This document shows, piece by piece, positions 39,505 to 52,170 of a stretch of 64,000 bases of DNA (its first letter is position 1; each line of letters opens with the position of its first letter). A model generated the notes under the pieces. The model had not been told where the DNA came from. It made no database searches and saw nothing but the letters and a program-made list of their open reading frames with translations. A program made the position numbers and the translations under genes. The DNA is from Octopus sinensis (taxonomy: Eukaryota): contig NC_043022.1 in the NCBI RefSeq assembly GCF_006345805.1, positions 7,254,001-7,318,000 of the forward strand, read 5' to 3'.

Positions 39505-39918
39505 CAGGCGCAGGAGTGGCTGTGTGGTAAGTAGCTTGCTAACCAACCACATGGTTCCGGGTTCAGTCCCACTGCGTGGCACCTTAGGCAAGTGTCTTCT
39601 ACTATAGCCCCGGGCCGACCAATGCCTTGTGAGTGGATTGGTAGACGGAACTGAAAGAAGCCTGTCGTATTATGTATATATATATATATGTATGTGTGTG
39701 TGTTTGTGTGTCTGTGTTTGTTCCCCTAGCATTGCTTGACAACCGATGCTGGCGTGTTTGCGTCCCCGTCACTTAGCGGTTCGGCAAAAGAGACCGATAG
39801 AATAAGTACTGGGCTTACAAAGAATGAGTCCCGGGGTCGAGTTGCTCGATTAAAGGCGGTGCTCCAGCATGGCCGCAGTCAAATGACTGAAAACAAGTAA
39901 AAGGGTAAAAGAGAGAAA
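39505..39918 (+). mobile_element. SINE family A
   Basis: Full head, body and tail. Confidence 0.9.
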
Positions 39919-40680
39919 AGAGAGAGAGGTAAATGAGAAAGAAGGACGGTAGACAGGAAAGTAAAGGAAAGAGTTTGACAATGAAAGGAAAAAAGGTAAG
40001 CTCGAAGTCTCAGTGGTGATAAAGAAATGACAGGTCTTGAACGTGGAACGCCGGGATTGAGCTTATTGCTTTCAATTATTGGAATAACATTTTTTTTTTT
40101 GTAAAGTATAGAAGCCGTCTTATCATGGCTAACCACATTGGGGAGGGGGTGTTACTGTAGCTTTATAGCCCCAAGAGATCTTCGTCTCTAGCTGGCTTTA
40201 GACACAATATCTGTGTCCTTGGAGTATTTGCAAAGGGAGGCCATCCCTTCGGTTGTTGTTTTCTTGTAAAATTTGTCTCTGTTACACAACGGCTCCCTAT
40301 CAGATTCACAAGAACAATTTTGATTGGTTAATAAAAACTTTTTTTCCTGAACTATTCAGTTTTCGAAAAGCATTTTTGGTAAATGTCAAAATCCAAGACC
40401 AGATCAATCACATAGAGACGAGATGCAATATGGCCGTCGCATAAAAGTGTTTGTCACGTGAACACAGTGCTTGGTTAGTTCTCACTATGTGGTAACTATA
40501 GCAAAAGTTCTCTATGCTAACCAAGCCCATCGAATACAGTGCATCTGTATTTTGATTGTAATTGGATGTTTTAACCCACGGTCAAACCTCAACACCATCA
40601 ACACCATCATCATCACAACCTCCATCAGCCCCCACCACCATGCCACCATCACAACCACCACCATGCCACCATCACAACCT

Positions 40681-40850
40681 ATTTCTTTATTACCCACAAG
40701 GGGCTAAACACAGAGGGGACAAACAAGGACAGACATAGGTATTAAGTCGATTACATCGACCCCAGTGCGTAACTGGTACTTAATTTATCGACCCCGAAAG
40801 GATGAAAGGCAAAGTCGACCCCGGCGGAATTTGAACTCAGAACGTAGCGG
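40681..40850 (-). mobile_element. SINE family B
   Basis: Reverse complement of the family B consensus. Confidence 0.85.
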
Positions 40851-41111
40851 CTGATGCCAACCACCACCATGTCACTACCAATCGTACGTATACTCACGCG
40901 CGCATACATTTTCAATTTACATATAAACACACATCTTTTTTCTCTTTTACTTGTTTCAGTCATTTGACTGTGGCCATGCTGGGGTATCGCTTTGAAAAAT
41001 TTTGGACGAACGAATCGACCCTAGTACTTGCTTTGTTTCTTTTGCCGAACTGCTAAGTTACCGGGGACATAAACACACCAACACCGGCTGTCAAGCGGTA
41101 GTGGAAAACAC

Positions 41112-41507
41112 AGGCGGCGACCTGGTAGAATCGTTAGCACGTCGGGCGAAATGCTTAGCGGTATTTCGGCTGCCGTTACGTTCTGAGTTCAAATTCCGCC
41201 GAGGTCGACTTTGCCTTTCATCCTTTCGGGGTCGATAAATTAAGTAATCGACTTAATCCCTTTGTCTGTCCTTGATTGTCCTCTCTGTGTTTAGGCCCCT
41301 TGTGGGTAGTAAAGAAATTAGGTATTTCGGCTGCCGTTACGTTGTGAGTTCAAATTCCGCCGAGGTCGACTTTGCCTTTCATCCTTTCGGGGTCGATAAA
41401 TTAAGTACCAGTTACGCACTGGGGGTCGATGTAATCGACTTAATACCTATGTCCGTCCTTGTTTGTCCCCTCTATGTTTGGCCCCTTGTGGGTAGTAAAG
41501 AAATAGG
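41112..41507 (+). mobile_element. SINE family B with tandemly duplicated 3' two-thirds
   Basis: ggtatttcggctgccgttacg...gtagtaaagaaat occurs twice (about 41160 and 41321); gtggaaaacaca at 41101 and 41509 is a likely TSD. Confidence 0.85.
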
Positions 41508-42179
41508 TCGTGGAAAACACACAGACGCGCGCGCGCATACACATGAATATACGTGTACATACAAATGTGCACATGAGTCCCACCCCCATACGCGTACAAA
41601 GAGGGAATCGATCCCCTGTTTGAAGCTAACCTGGTATCGTCACGCGCCACTTGCCACACCATTGGCAACACAGTTGTTGTTGCCCCTCCCGTTTCAGAAA
41701 ATAGAAAACATCTTCCTTTCTTCCTTCCTACCTTTCTTCCTTCCTTCCTTCCTTCCTGACATGAAACTGGGACAAAAATAGAAACAAATAAACCCCACAA
41801 AAATAAAAAAATAAAAAGAGAGAAAAGAAAAGACGTGGGAAATTTTACTGGAGTCTGTTGCTGCTGCTGCCCCCTACAGTTGCTTCCGAGGAAAGGGGGA
41901 GAGAAAGAAAGAGAAAGAGAGTTTACTGAGAGATAGGAGAGAGGGTGAAGAGTTCCTTTAAAAGGAGAGAACCGTTTCAGGGTTTACTGCCAGAATCGCT
42001 AACAAGTCGGAGAAAATGCTTAGCATCATTTCGTCTGCCTTGACGTTCTGAGTTCAAATTCCGCCGAGGTCGACTTAACCTTTCATTCTTCCGAGGTCGA
42101 TAAAATAAGTACCAGTTGTGTACTGGGGTTAATGTAATCAACTTAACCTCTCCCCTGAAATTGAAAGGCTGTGTTCATA

Positions 42180-42680
42180 TGCCTAGTGGCCATGGCGAAA
42201 GGGGCTGTATGGTGAATGAGATTAAAGGGGCTGTATGGTGGATGAGATTAAAGGGGCTGAAGACAAACACTTTTCTCTTTGGCCAATCTGTGAACTTCAA
42301 GTCTCACTTGAAAAGGAAAACAGGGCTAGAGGTAGGAGCGTTGTCTTTGAGCCAGTTTGCTGAAAGGTGGATGAAAGTGGCGACAAAGGTGCGAGTGAAC
42401 AGGAGAAAGGAAAGAAAAAACACCCAGCCCCAAAAGTCAGGGTACCCATGGGTTTTGAAAGGGTTTTTTTCCATGAGCAGCCCTCGAAGGTCTCCTCCCT
42501 ACTGAGGATTACACACTGGACTTTTTTCTTTATTTTTTAAAAGTTTTGTTAGTCTTGTTTGCACGCTAAACTCTCACAACAACAACACACACACACACAC
42601 ACACATTCTTTGTTTCGTCTTGTGTTGTCCATAATGTTTTACTTAATGTAAACCTTGTGGTTAATAAAGAAATCATTATA
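42180..42680 (+). mobile_element. Old Tx1-like LINE 3' fragment
   Basis: VWWMRLKGLKTNTFLFGQS...FKSHLKRK aligns to IWWTRLKGLETNTFLSGQS...FKYHLKRK at about 59660. Confidence 0.7.
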
Positions 42681-42923
42681 ATCATTATTATCTTCATTAT
42701 CATCTTCTTTCAATTTTGCTTCCATTTCTTGCCGAGTGTCTTCCTGACACCTAGGGCAGAGAAACGCACTGTATACATTTGTATGCCATTAAAATAAATA
42801 CGCCAGATTGTTCATTTACAACGTCATGTGATAGAGAAAAAGGAAAAAATAAAGAATAAAACAGAAAATAAAGGGGGGGGGAAAATCCACAGAAGCAATG
42901 CTCTTCTCTATTATTATATGAAA

Positions 42924-43148
42924 AGGCGGTGAGCTGGCTGAAACGTTAGCACGCCGGGCGAAATGCGTAGCCGTATTTCGTCTGCCGCTACGTTGTGAGT
43001 TCAAATTCCGCCGAGGTCGACTTTACTTTCATCTTTCGGGGTCGATAAATTAAGTACCAGTTACGCACGGGGTCGATATAATCGACTTAATCCTTTGTCT
43101 GTCTTGTTTGTCCTTCTGTGGTTTAGCCCCTGTGGGTAGTAAAGAAAT
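42924..43148 (+). mobile_element. SINE family B
   Basis: Full-length match to 4972-5202. Confidence 0.85.
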
Positions 43149-43149
43149 A

Positions 43150-43482
43150 TATTATATGAAAACTCACAGCTCATTTTGCTGGGTATGATGGAAAGTGTCA
43201 GCTGTCCACAACCAGCAGATAAAGGTGACACTTGTTTACTGGTCATATTTCAAGAACCCCTGCGAAGAATTCTTGCAGTTCCAAGCCATGCTTTTTTTGT
43301 AGGTGTTCTACCTTCACACTTGCACCAATCTTTTTCAACCATGTTGGTAGTTGAGTGCTGATACTACCAAGTGAACCAATCACTACTGGTATCACATCTA
43401 CTCTCTTCATTGACCTCAACCTTCGTATTTCCCACTTCAAATCGTCATAGTTGCTTATTTTTTCTTTTTCTTTCACACTGAT
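43150..43482 (-). mobile_element. R4/Dong-like 3' fragment
   Basis: KEKEKISNYDDLKWEIRRL...VIPVVIGSLGSI...LQK, the C-terminus of an RLE nuclease. Confidence 0.75.
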
Positions 43483-45260
43483 CTTCTTCTTCTTCTTCTT
43501 CTTCTTCTTCTTCTTCTTCATTTCTTCTTCTTCTTCTTTCTTCTTCTTCTTCTTCTTCTTCTTCTTCTTCTTCTTCTTCTTCTTCTATGATTGATTGATT
43601 GATTGATTCTAGTTTCAGCTTATGAGCTGTGGCCATGCTGGGGCATGTATGTCGATTATCATACATGTTCTTTCTTTTTTTATTCACCCACATCAATTCT
43701 CTGTGAGGATGCCTGTGAACACTTTCCATAAGAGGTTAAAACAAGCAATGGGTCGGTATTTGCCAAACTCACTGCCCTTCAATCGACCTCTCATCAACAA
43801 TGTTACCTTTCCCTCTACATTCTTCTTCTTCTTCTTCTTTCTTCTTCTTCTTCTTCTTTCTTCTTCTTCTTCTTCTTCTTCTTCTTCTTCTTCATTTCTT
43901 CTTCATTTCTTCTCATTTCTTCTTCTCTTCTTCTTATTTTCCTTCTTTTCACTTCTCCTTCTTCTTATCTTCTTCTTCTTCATTTCTTCTTCTCGTCTTC
44001 GGCTTCTTCTTCTCATTTCTCGCATTTCTTCTTCTTCTTCTTTCTTCTTCTATTCTTCTTCTTCTTCTTCCCGTTCCTTCTTCTTTTTCTTTTTCATTCT
44101 TCTTCACTTCTTCTCTTCTTCTTCTTCTTCTTCACGTCTTCTTCTTCTCTTCTTCATTTCTTTTTATTCCTCTTCTTCTTCTTCGTCTTCTCATTTCTTT
44201 TTCTTCTTCTTATTTTCTTCTTATTCTTCTTCTTCTTCATTTCTTCTTCTTCTTTTCATTTCTTCTTCTTTTCGTCTTCTTCTTCTTCCTTCTGTATTCT
44301 CTTCTCTTCTTCATTTCTTCTTCTTCTTCTCTGCTTCTTCTTCTTCATTTCTTTTCCATTTCTTTTCTTCTTCTTCTTCTTCTTCTCCTTCTTCTTCTTC
44401 ATTTCTTCTTCTTTTTCTTTTTCATTTCTTCTTCACTTCTTCTTCTTCTTCTTCTTCTTCATTTCTTCTTCTTCTTCTTCTTCTTCATTTCTTCTTCTTC
44501 TTCTTCTTTTCTTCTTATTCTAGGCTTTACGTCATTGGGTTTCGTGTTTGTGTAGTTGGCTGTTTATGTATGCGCGCGTGCGCGTGTATGTGTGTGTTTT
44601 GTGCATCATTTCTCTTATTTTTTACTTGTTTCAGTCATTAGACAGCGGCCATATGTTTCTTTCGGCCTTTCGCGAAAGGATACGGTGCCTCCCCCCCTCC
44701 ACTACTGAAACCCACTTGAGGGCTGATATCTACAGTGTTGACGCCAGCATCCTTCGTTGTCCTCTCCGCTGGGTTGGCCATGTGATTCCGTTGCCAGGCA
44801 ACCAGCTCCCTAAAGATGGTCCTCTTCAACGAGTTCGAGAGTGGAGGTAGACCTCAGCTACGTCCAAAAGTTCGTTTCCACGATCATCTGAAGCGGTTTC
44901 ACATTTTATTCGGTGTGCCTCCCAATCTTCTTCTTTTTTCTTCTTCTTTATCTTCTTCTTCTTCTTCTTCTTCTTCTTCTTCTTCTTCTTCATTTCTTCT
45001 TCTTCTTCTTCTTCTTCTTTTTCTTTTTCCTTTCTTCTTCTTCATTTCTTCTTCTTCTTCTTCATTTCTTCTTCTTCTCTTCTTCTTCTTCTTTTTCTTT
45101 TTCTTTCTTCTCTTCATTTTCTTCTTCTTCTTCTTCTTCTTCTTCTTCTTCTTCTTCTTCTTCTTCTTCTTCTTCTTCTTCTTCTTCTTCTCTTCTTCAT
45201 TTCTTCTTCTTCTTCTTCTTCTTCTTCTTCTTCTTCTTCTCCTTCTTCTTCTCCTCCTTC
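43483..45260. repeat. (TTC)n arrays (43483-43586, 43820-44520, 44925-45260) interspersed with LINE scraps
   Basis: Direct inspection; CR1-type tail at 43588-43645 (-); RTE fragment LRWVGHVI...LPK...RPKVRFHDHLKR at 44690-44920 (+). Confidence 0.9.
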
Positions 45261-45575
45261 TGATGCTGGGGTAGAACGCTTCGAAGCCGAATGCAGGAGA
45301 TTACATGAAGCAAGGAGGCGACGTCGTCATCAACCCCCTGCGGCTGTTGTTGTTGGGGGGGGGGGGGGCAGTGCCCTCAGTCCCACAAGATCTGCCTATT
45401 TCGTATCGCTCTAGTTAGCCAAGTCCACTTCCATAAGAAGCAATGTGCTGGTGGCCGAGGGGAATGCATGGCGCCGATCGACGATGTCATCACCTTTGAT
45501 GGTCCGTGATAAGCAAGCATGTGATAAGTAAGCTTAAGCTTCCTTTCAGTTTCCGTCTAGCAAATCCACTCACAA

Positions 45576-46410
45576 GGCTTTGGTTGTCTCGGGGCTATTG
45601 TACAAGACACTTAACTAAGGTACTATGCAGTGGGACTGAACCCGGCACCACAGGCTTTGGTTGTCTCGGGGCTATTGTACAAGACACTTAACTAAGGTAC
45701 TATGCAGTGGGACTGAACCCGGCACCACAGGCTTTGGTTGTCTCGGGGCTATTGTACAAGACACTTAACTAAGGTACTATGCAGTGGGACTGAACCCGGC
45801 ACCACAGGCTTTGGTTGTCTCGGGGCTATTGTACAAGACACTTAACAACAAGGTTACTATGCAGTGGGACTGAACCCGGACCAAGGCTTTGGTTGTCTCG
45901 GGGCTATTGTACAAGACACTTAACAAAGGAGGTACTAGCAGTGGGATGAACCCGGCACCAAAGGCTTTGGTTGTCCGGGGCTATGTACAAGACACTGAAA
46001 CTAAGGTACTATGCAGTGGACTGAACCCGGCACCACAGGCTGGTTGTCTCGGGGTATTGTACAAGACACTTACTAAGGTACTATGCAGTGGGACGAACCG
46101 GCACCACAGGCTTTGGTTGTCTCGGGGCTATTGTAAAGACACTTAACTAACGGTACTATGCAGTGGGACTGAACCCGGCACCACAGGCTTTGGGTTGTCC
46201 GGGGATATTGTACAAGACCACTAACAAAGGTACTAGCAGGGGACTGAACCCGGCCACACAGGCTTTGGTTGTCTCGGGGCTATTGTACAAGACACTTAAT
46301 ATGGTAGATGCAGTGGGACTGAACCCGGCACCACAGGCTTTGGTTGTAAGGGGCTATTGGTACAAGACACTTAAGAAAGTTACTATGCAGTGGGACTGAA
46401 CCCGGCACCA
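45576..46410 (-). repeat. Tandem array of about 11 x 77-bp units inside a family A SINE head (SINE spans about 45536-46445)
   Basis: Unit starts ggctttgg at 45576, 45653, 45730, 45807, 45885, 45963, 46038, 46109, 46186, 46261 and 46336; each unit carries the minus-strand B box GGGTTCAGTCC. Confidence 0.92.
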
Positions 46411-46529
46411 TGTGGTTGCGAAGCAAACTTATTACCAAACCGCTACGGCTATATATATAACTTATGCATGCAGCAGGTGTTCAGCGTGTGTGTGTTTGTA
46501 AATCTACGTTAGTTGCTTCGAAATTGTAT

Positions 46530-46538
46530 AATAGATAG

Positions 46539-46574
<36 letters not shown>

Positions 46575-46622
46575 AGAGAGAAGAAAGAGAGAGAGAGAGA
46601 GAAGAAAGAGAGAGAGCGAGAG

Positions 46623-46653
<31 letters not shown>

Positions 46654-46671
46654 AGAAAGAGAGAGAGCGAG

Positions 46672-46730
<59 letters not shown>

Positions 46731-46869
46731 GAGAGAGAAGAAAGAGAGAGAGCGAGAGAGAGAGAGAGGAATAGAGAGAGAGAAGAAAGAGAGAGAGCGA
46801 GAGATAGATATGTTTCTTTATTAGCCACACAGGGCTGCACACAGATAGAACCAATAACAGGTAGAGTTT

Positions 46870-46921
<52 letters not shown>

Positions 46922-47100
46922 AAGAGAGAGAGCGAGAGAGAGATAGGAATAGAGAGAGAGAAGAAAGAGAGAGAGCGAGAGAGAAAAAGGAGAGAGAGGA
47001 GAGAGAGAGAGAGATAGGAATGGAGAGAGAGAAGAAAGAGAGAGAGCGAGAGAGAAGAAGGAGAGAGAGAGAGAAGAAAGAGAGAAAATGAGACAAACAG
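46530..47100 (-). mobile_element. Tx1-like 3' end (about 46800-46870) in a (TAGA)n/(GA)n purine-rich tract
   Basis: Reverse complement ctatctgtgtgcagccctgtgtggctaataaagaaacatatctatc. Confidence 0.7.
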
Positions 47101-47573
47101 ACAAAAAAAGATGAACATAGATAGGAAGGAGGACAAAAAAAGATGTTGGAAAATTAAATACAACTGACACAAAGCAATAAAAACTCCTCCACACACTCAC
47201 ACATACACGCACACACACACACACACACACTTAAAACACACACATACACACTATCTCACATATACACATATTCTCTCACACAGACATTTATGAAGGTGTG
47301 TGTGTGTGTTTGATTGTCATTGTTCGTTAGAACAATAGCGACCACCATCGGTTGACCAACGTTCGACCAGATTAGATTACAGGAGAATAAATTAAATTTA
47401 TTGAAAATTGTGTTAAGCAATGTCTATCTGTTTCGCCCCACTCGACTTCACGAAACTCGGGCTAAAGCTAGGCTTCCAGTCATTTTAGTTGTCGAAATAT
47501 TTCAACCAATTCAAACCGATGTGTTTATCTCTTAACGAGGCTATATTAACTTCTATCTGAATATATATATATA

Positions 47574-47604
<31 letters not shown>

Positions 47605-47699
47605 CGGAGTAAACACATAAATGTGAAACAAGGTGGAAAAAGAGTACTCAAATACCAGTGGTTAGAGTAATATGCTTTTTTTAAGCAGCAGAAAATTCA

Positions 47700-47749
47700 A
47701 CAAAATCTGTTACTCGAGTTTCTCGTGCCGTTCATCAGACAGTTTTTGC
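47700..47749 (-). ncRNA. Second hammerhead motif, inverted copy
   Basis: Reverse complement gcaaaaactgt-CTGATGA-acggcacga-GAAA-ctcgag-TA-acagattttgt. Confidence 0.75.
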
Positions 47750-47765
47750 TAGAAGTCTTTTCTGA

Positions 47766-47817
47766 GCAAAAACTGTCTGATGAACGGCAACGAGAAACTC
47801 AGAGTAACAGATTTTGT
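47766..47817 (+). ncRNA. Minimal type I hammerhead ribozyme motif
   Basis: Stem I gcaaaaactgt / acagattttgt; CTGATGA (47777-47783); stem II a-cg-GCAA-cg-a; GAAA (47794-47797); palindromic stem III ctc-a-gag; GTA triplet with predicted cut after 47806. Confidence 0.8.
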
Positions 47818-47847
47818 TGAATTTTTCTGCTGCTTAATAAAATAAAG

Positions 47848-47884
<37 letters not shown>

Positions 47885-49470
47885 CATGGTGATCCTCGGT
47901 TTTGGTCTCCAGAGTGTCGGTTGTGTGGTGTGAGGAAACTTTACCTCGTTTTCAGCCTCACTTCTTCATCAATGTCATGAGGGGAGGTTTTGTGGGTGAA
48001 TAACGTTGTCTACCAATACCGAAGGATTGCCAAAATACACAGCGAGAGATAGTTTAGGAGAATACACGAAAAAAATGATCATTTTCTACTTTAGATTGTG
48101 AAACAAAAGAAAAAAAGGTCGGTCGGTCGGTCGGTCGGTCGGTCGATAGCTAAAGACAGTGGTATATACGTAGAGAGAGAGGGGGGTGTATAAAGACTGT
48201 GTTTATAAATAAACCCAGTTGCTTCAGTGTCGTGAAGGGAACCGTAAACTTTATAACTGATGTCAGATAAATATTTATGAATGTACGCTTGCTTACAAGT
48301 GAAAACCCTTTGAACTAATAGTCTTCAGGACATTTTAATATCCTCGCCAACTATTTTTCTCTGTAGCTCGGCACTTGCCAAAATTGAGACCAATGTTTAA
48401 GCTAAATAAATTAAAATTTAAAAAAAAAACGAAATAAAATAAAATGAAACAAGAAGCAAATGGAGCAACTCTATCGTCTGCCGCTCCGAAAGCCAGACAT
48501 ATTTGCTTAAGTCCTTCACATTTTGTTTGTTTGAAATGGTTGGTGTGGTTGTGGTTAGTTTTTGACAAGCCAGACAAACTGTCGTCTGCACAGGACACCA
48601 CGTTATGCGAGCCACATTACACATACCCCACCACACACACACACACATCTGACTTTTCTATGAACAAGTTCTTGTTATTTAGCCCCAGGTCAGCCCCGAT
48701 CAGGCAGACATATGATCTCAGTTGTTCTGAGAATTTGGTCTTTATTATCAAAAGCGCAATCTATCCCAGACTACATTATCAAAATACTTTTTCTTTTTTA
48801 CAAGGATATACAATCATGATTTGAGCTCATTTTGGCTGCTCTTTCTTGCAGATCTAGTAACCATTCAGATTATTGTTGCCGTTTAGCCCCAGGTCAGGCA
48901 AAATCCAATCGACCCATGACCTAAGTGTGTTTCAGCCCAGTCTGATTGATTTCGTTTGTCAGATAACATTGGCCATTTTATCACAAATTCGAGATTGCAA
49001 TAGGTTGTCATGGTGACAGGGGTGGGGTTGATGAAGGGTGATAACACAAATATTTCTTGTGACCAACAATGAAATCATTGCCTTTGCAGAAAACTATCGG
49101 CCCCACAGCCTGGTATACAAACTGTAGACAAGCTGTTTGAATCATTTATTTCGAGACCATTGTGCTCTTGTGTGTTTAATGATAAAATGCCCTTTGTCAT
49201 GTAAGACTTTCAGAAAAACTTTCAAGAAATTTTTTTAGGTAAATTGAATAAGTTTCAAAGCGAAAAGGATTCGCCACGAATAATTCAAAGACAGTTTTGT
49301 GCTTGTTTGTAGGTGGCCCATTCCTTCATCGCTGCCTACCAATCCCCTCCTCCCTCAGGATCCTCGTATGTAACCACATGAGTTACCTGAGAATCTGATA
49401 TTAATTAGACAACATTAACAACACAACGCTCAAATTTAGTAAGTGACACTGCATTAAAATTATGGAATAA

Positions 49471-49912
49471 CTAGCAGCATAGCCCGGCGTTGCCCGGGTA
49501 TGTAAGAGCCCTTAGTAGGTAACGACTAATCCCAATCTAGTCCTTTCCCTCTAGGGAACGAAGGCGCATGTGTAGGTTGCAATGTTTTCTCTTCACTCGA
49601 ATACTTCTGTGTATATGATGTTCCTAGCTGTCCCTTTGGGCGATAAAAAGGTCGAGTTGTGTCCCCTAGACAGAAAATGTGTTGCATATAAAAAGCTTAG
49701 ATTCTCGACCCCATGTCGAATTTATCGATTTTTTTCAGAACTGGGGGAACTTTTCAAAATTTTCACTGCGTTAGTTTTGAATTATGACATTGGGCTATGT
49801 GTGTGTCAAGTTTCATCAGAATCGGTTGAAAGCCGTGGTCAGGGTGAGGGTACAACCTCACAGACACACAGACACACAGACAGACAAACTGCCGTTTATA
49901 TATCGAGAGAGA
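49471..49912 (-). mobile_element. Non-autonomous Helitron
   Basis: 5' TC, 3' hairpin + CTAG, A|T insertion site; carries about 30 bp absent from the 29075 copy. Confidence 0.85.
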
Positions 49913-50961
49913 TGAAGAACGATTTAAAGATGCAAACTGGAACTTAATGCACTCATCACATCCTTGATGATCAGGAAGGCGAAAAAAAAAAAGATGGTCG
50001 TGGATGCACCGAAACAGAACAAATTTTGATGAATAAATTTGTGTTGTCTGAAGTCAGAAGACACCGTAAAAACTTTGTGACAACAGGTTTTGATTACAAA
50101 AGAAGCATTCGATTCGTCACTCATGATTGCTGAAGTCAGTTCAGATGGCAAAAATATCTGCTGCCTTGGTTACTGCCTTTGGAAAGCTCATGCAGACCTT
50201 GGTCCACAATTCTAACTGAAAGTAAAATGATTGTCTGTGATGTTATTAATATTTCAGCGGGAATATTCCAAGGCGACAATCGGTCTACTTCTGCGTATTT
50301 TTCTACCAAATCCGCTGACGTTTCTCTTATGAAAATCCACATGTTATGTCCTTGGGTCTACAACGGGAAGAGATACTTATGTCACTCATTTCTTCGTGAA
50401 CAATAAAGAACTTTATCGCGAAATCTTTCCATTATTGAGAAACAGCTGGATTTAATCACATTTTCTGTTGCTCAAGAGATGGAGTTTGACCAAAAGAAAT
50501 ATTCGTATTCAATAATTCAACGTGAAAAAAACGGTTCCCCATGCCCTAAAACCCCTGCGTCTTCAGTGTCTCTATCTACCCTGTTCCACAAAACAAGTAC
50601 TACAAATACTTAGACATTGATGAAAATATATAAAGTTACGGTAAACAAGAATAGAATAAACTACACCAGACTTGAAAAAGATCCGCCAGTCAGTTTTCCT
50701 CTAACAGGTCGATATCCCACAATGCATTTGTAGAACCAGTACTGATACCAAAGTTAGGCCCGTTTGACTGATCTGTGAAAGGAAATACGCTTCGGAGACA
50801 TTAAAGCCGGCAAGATCCTAATTTCACCTGTAAACTCCCCGAGAAGCAGTGATTCCGACAGATTCTATCGAAGATGTATGGAGAGAGGGAGACGACTAGG
50901 GTCAGGGCAGACAAGCTTCGAATGTGAAATCACTGAAACAGCAACTGGCAAACACTTGCAA

Positions 50962-51407
50962 CAAAATTGCATTGACCAAGTACACAAAAACGAAGTGAAT
51001 AACAACCTACGTATCGGTAGGGAACGTCTCAAAAAGAATTCGCTTCCCGATGACCTGGGAACCTAGAAGTGTAGAAGCAACAGATTTCAACAAACACTCT
51101 ACAAACTACAGGGGGGGGGAGTGAAACGTGTATGTTTCCTGTAAAGTTGAGGAAGAGGAGGAGGAAAATATTGGTTTCAAATTTTCACACAAAGCCTGCA
51201 ATTTGGAGGGAAGGGTAGGTCGATTACATCAACTCTTGTTTCACTTTCCCCCCCCCCCTGTAGTTTGTAGAGTGTTTGTTGAAATCTGTTGGTTCTGCAC
51301 TTCTGGGTTCACAGGTCATCGGGAAGCGAATTCTTTCTGAGACGTTCCCTAACGATACGCAGGTTGTTATTCACTTCATTTTTGTGCACTTGGTTAATGC
51401 ATTTTTA
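50962..51407. repeat. Diverged inverted duplication, arms of about 165 bp (50962-51127 / 51238-51407)
   Basis: cagatttcaacaaacactctacaaactacagggggggg versus ccccccccctgtagtttgtagagtgtttgttgaaatctg; the right arm interrupts a family B SINE. Confidence 0.88.
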
Positions 51408-51867
51408 CTGCAACTGGTTCCTGAAAGGATGAAAAGGAAAGTCGACTTCGGCGGATTTTGAAATCAGAACATAAAGTCATATTAACGATCCTGCCAACTT
51501 GACGCCATCAGGAGGAGGAGGATATTAGCACAAAGTGTAGCCTGTCTTAGATTTGTGATCGCTACATCAGGTCACATCTCGAAGATTAAGGGTTTTCAAA
51601 TCAAGGGCAGGAGATCGCTACGAATTATCGACTGAATCAGACAGTGGAACCGTGAAACTCCCAAGACGCAACCGCAAATGTCGATTCTCCCACTTTTGTG
51701 GAGGATATAAACATATGTGTTGAGCAGCTGCCCTAAAAATGTCATCGTGGTGCTGCCTCCCTTTATGATACGAACCATTTGCTAAATCATGTCATCCGCA
51801 GAAAAGCCTGCCCTGGGATAAATATAAACAACACCTCTGTTATTTAAAACATCGGCACAAAGAGTAA

Positions 51868-52170
51868 GGGCGTGTGGATCAGTGGTTACGGTATTCGATT
51901 CTCGATCGTAAGGTCCTGCGCTCGATTCCTCGCGGTACGTTGTGTCCTTGAGCAAGACACTATTTCACGTTGCTCCAGTCCACTCAGCCACGAAAATGAG
52001 TTGTACCTGTAATTCAAAGGGGCCAGCCTTGTCACATTCCGTGTCATGCTAAATACGTTAAGAGTACACAAGTGTCTGTGGAGTACTCAGCCACTTGCAT
52101 GTTAATTTCACGAGCACGTTGTTCCCTTGATCGGATCAACTGGAACCTTTGTCATCGTAACCGGCAGAGT
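51868..52170 (+). mobile_element. SINE family C
   Basis: tRNA-like head gggcgtgtggatcagtggtta...ctcgattcc; tgtgtccttgagcaagacactatttcacgttgctccag. Confidence 0.8.

Noticed and set aside
43622-45274. Poly-S/F/L and poly-E/K/R ORFs
   Set aside because: Translations of (TTC)n microsatellite.
45576-46410. CRISPR-like regular array
   Set aside because: Units are contiguous with no unique spacers, derive from a SINE, and the context is eukaryotic with no cas genes.
49920-50960. Possible host exons or transposase remnant in unique sequence
   Set aside because: Short ORFs with no recognisable motif or convincing splice pattern; needs a tBLASTx search.
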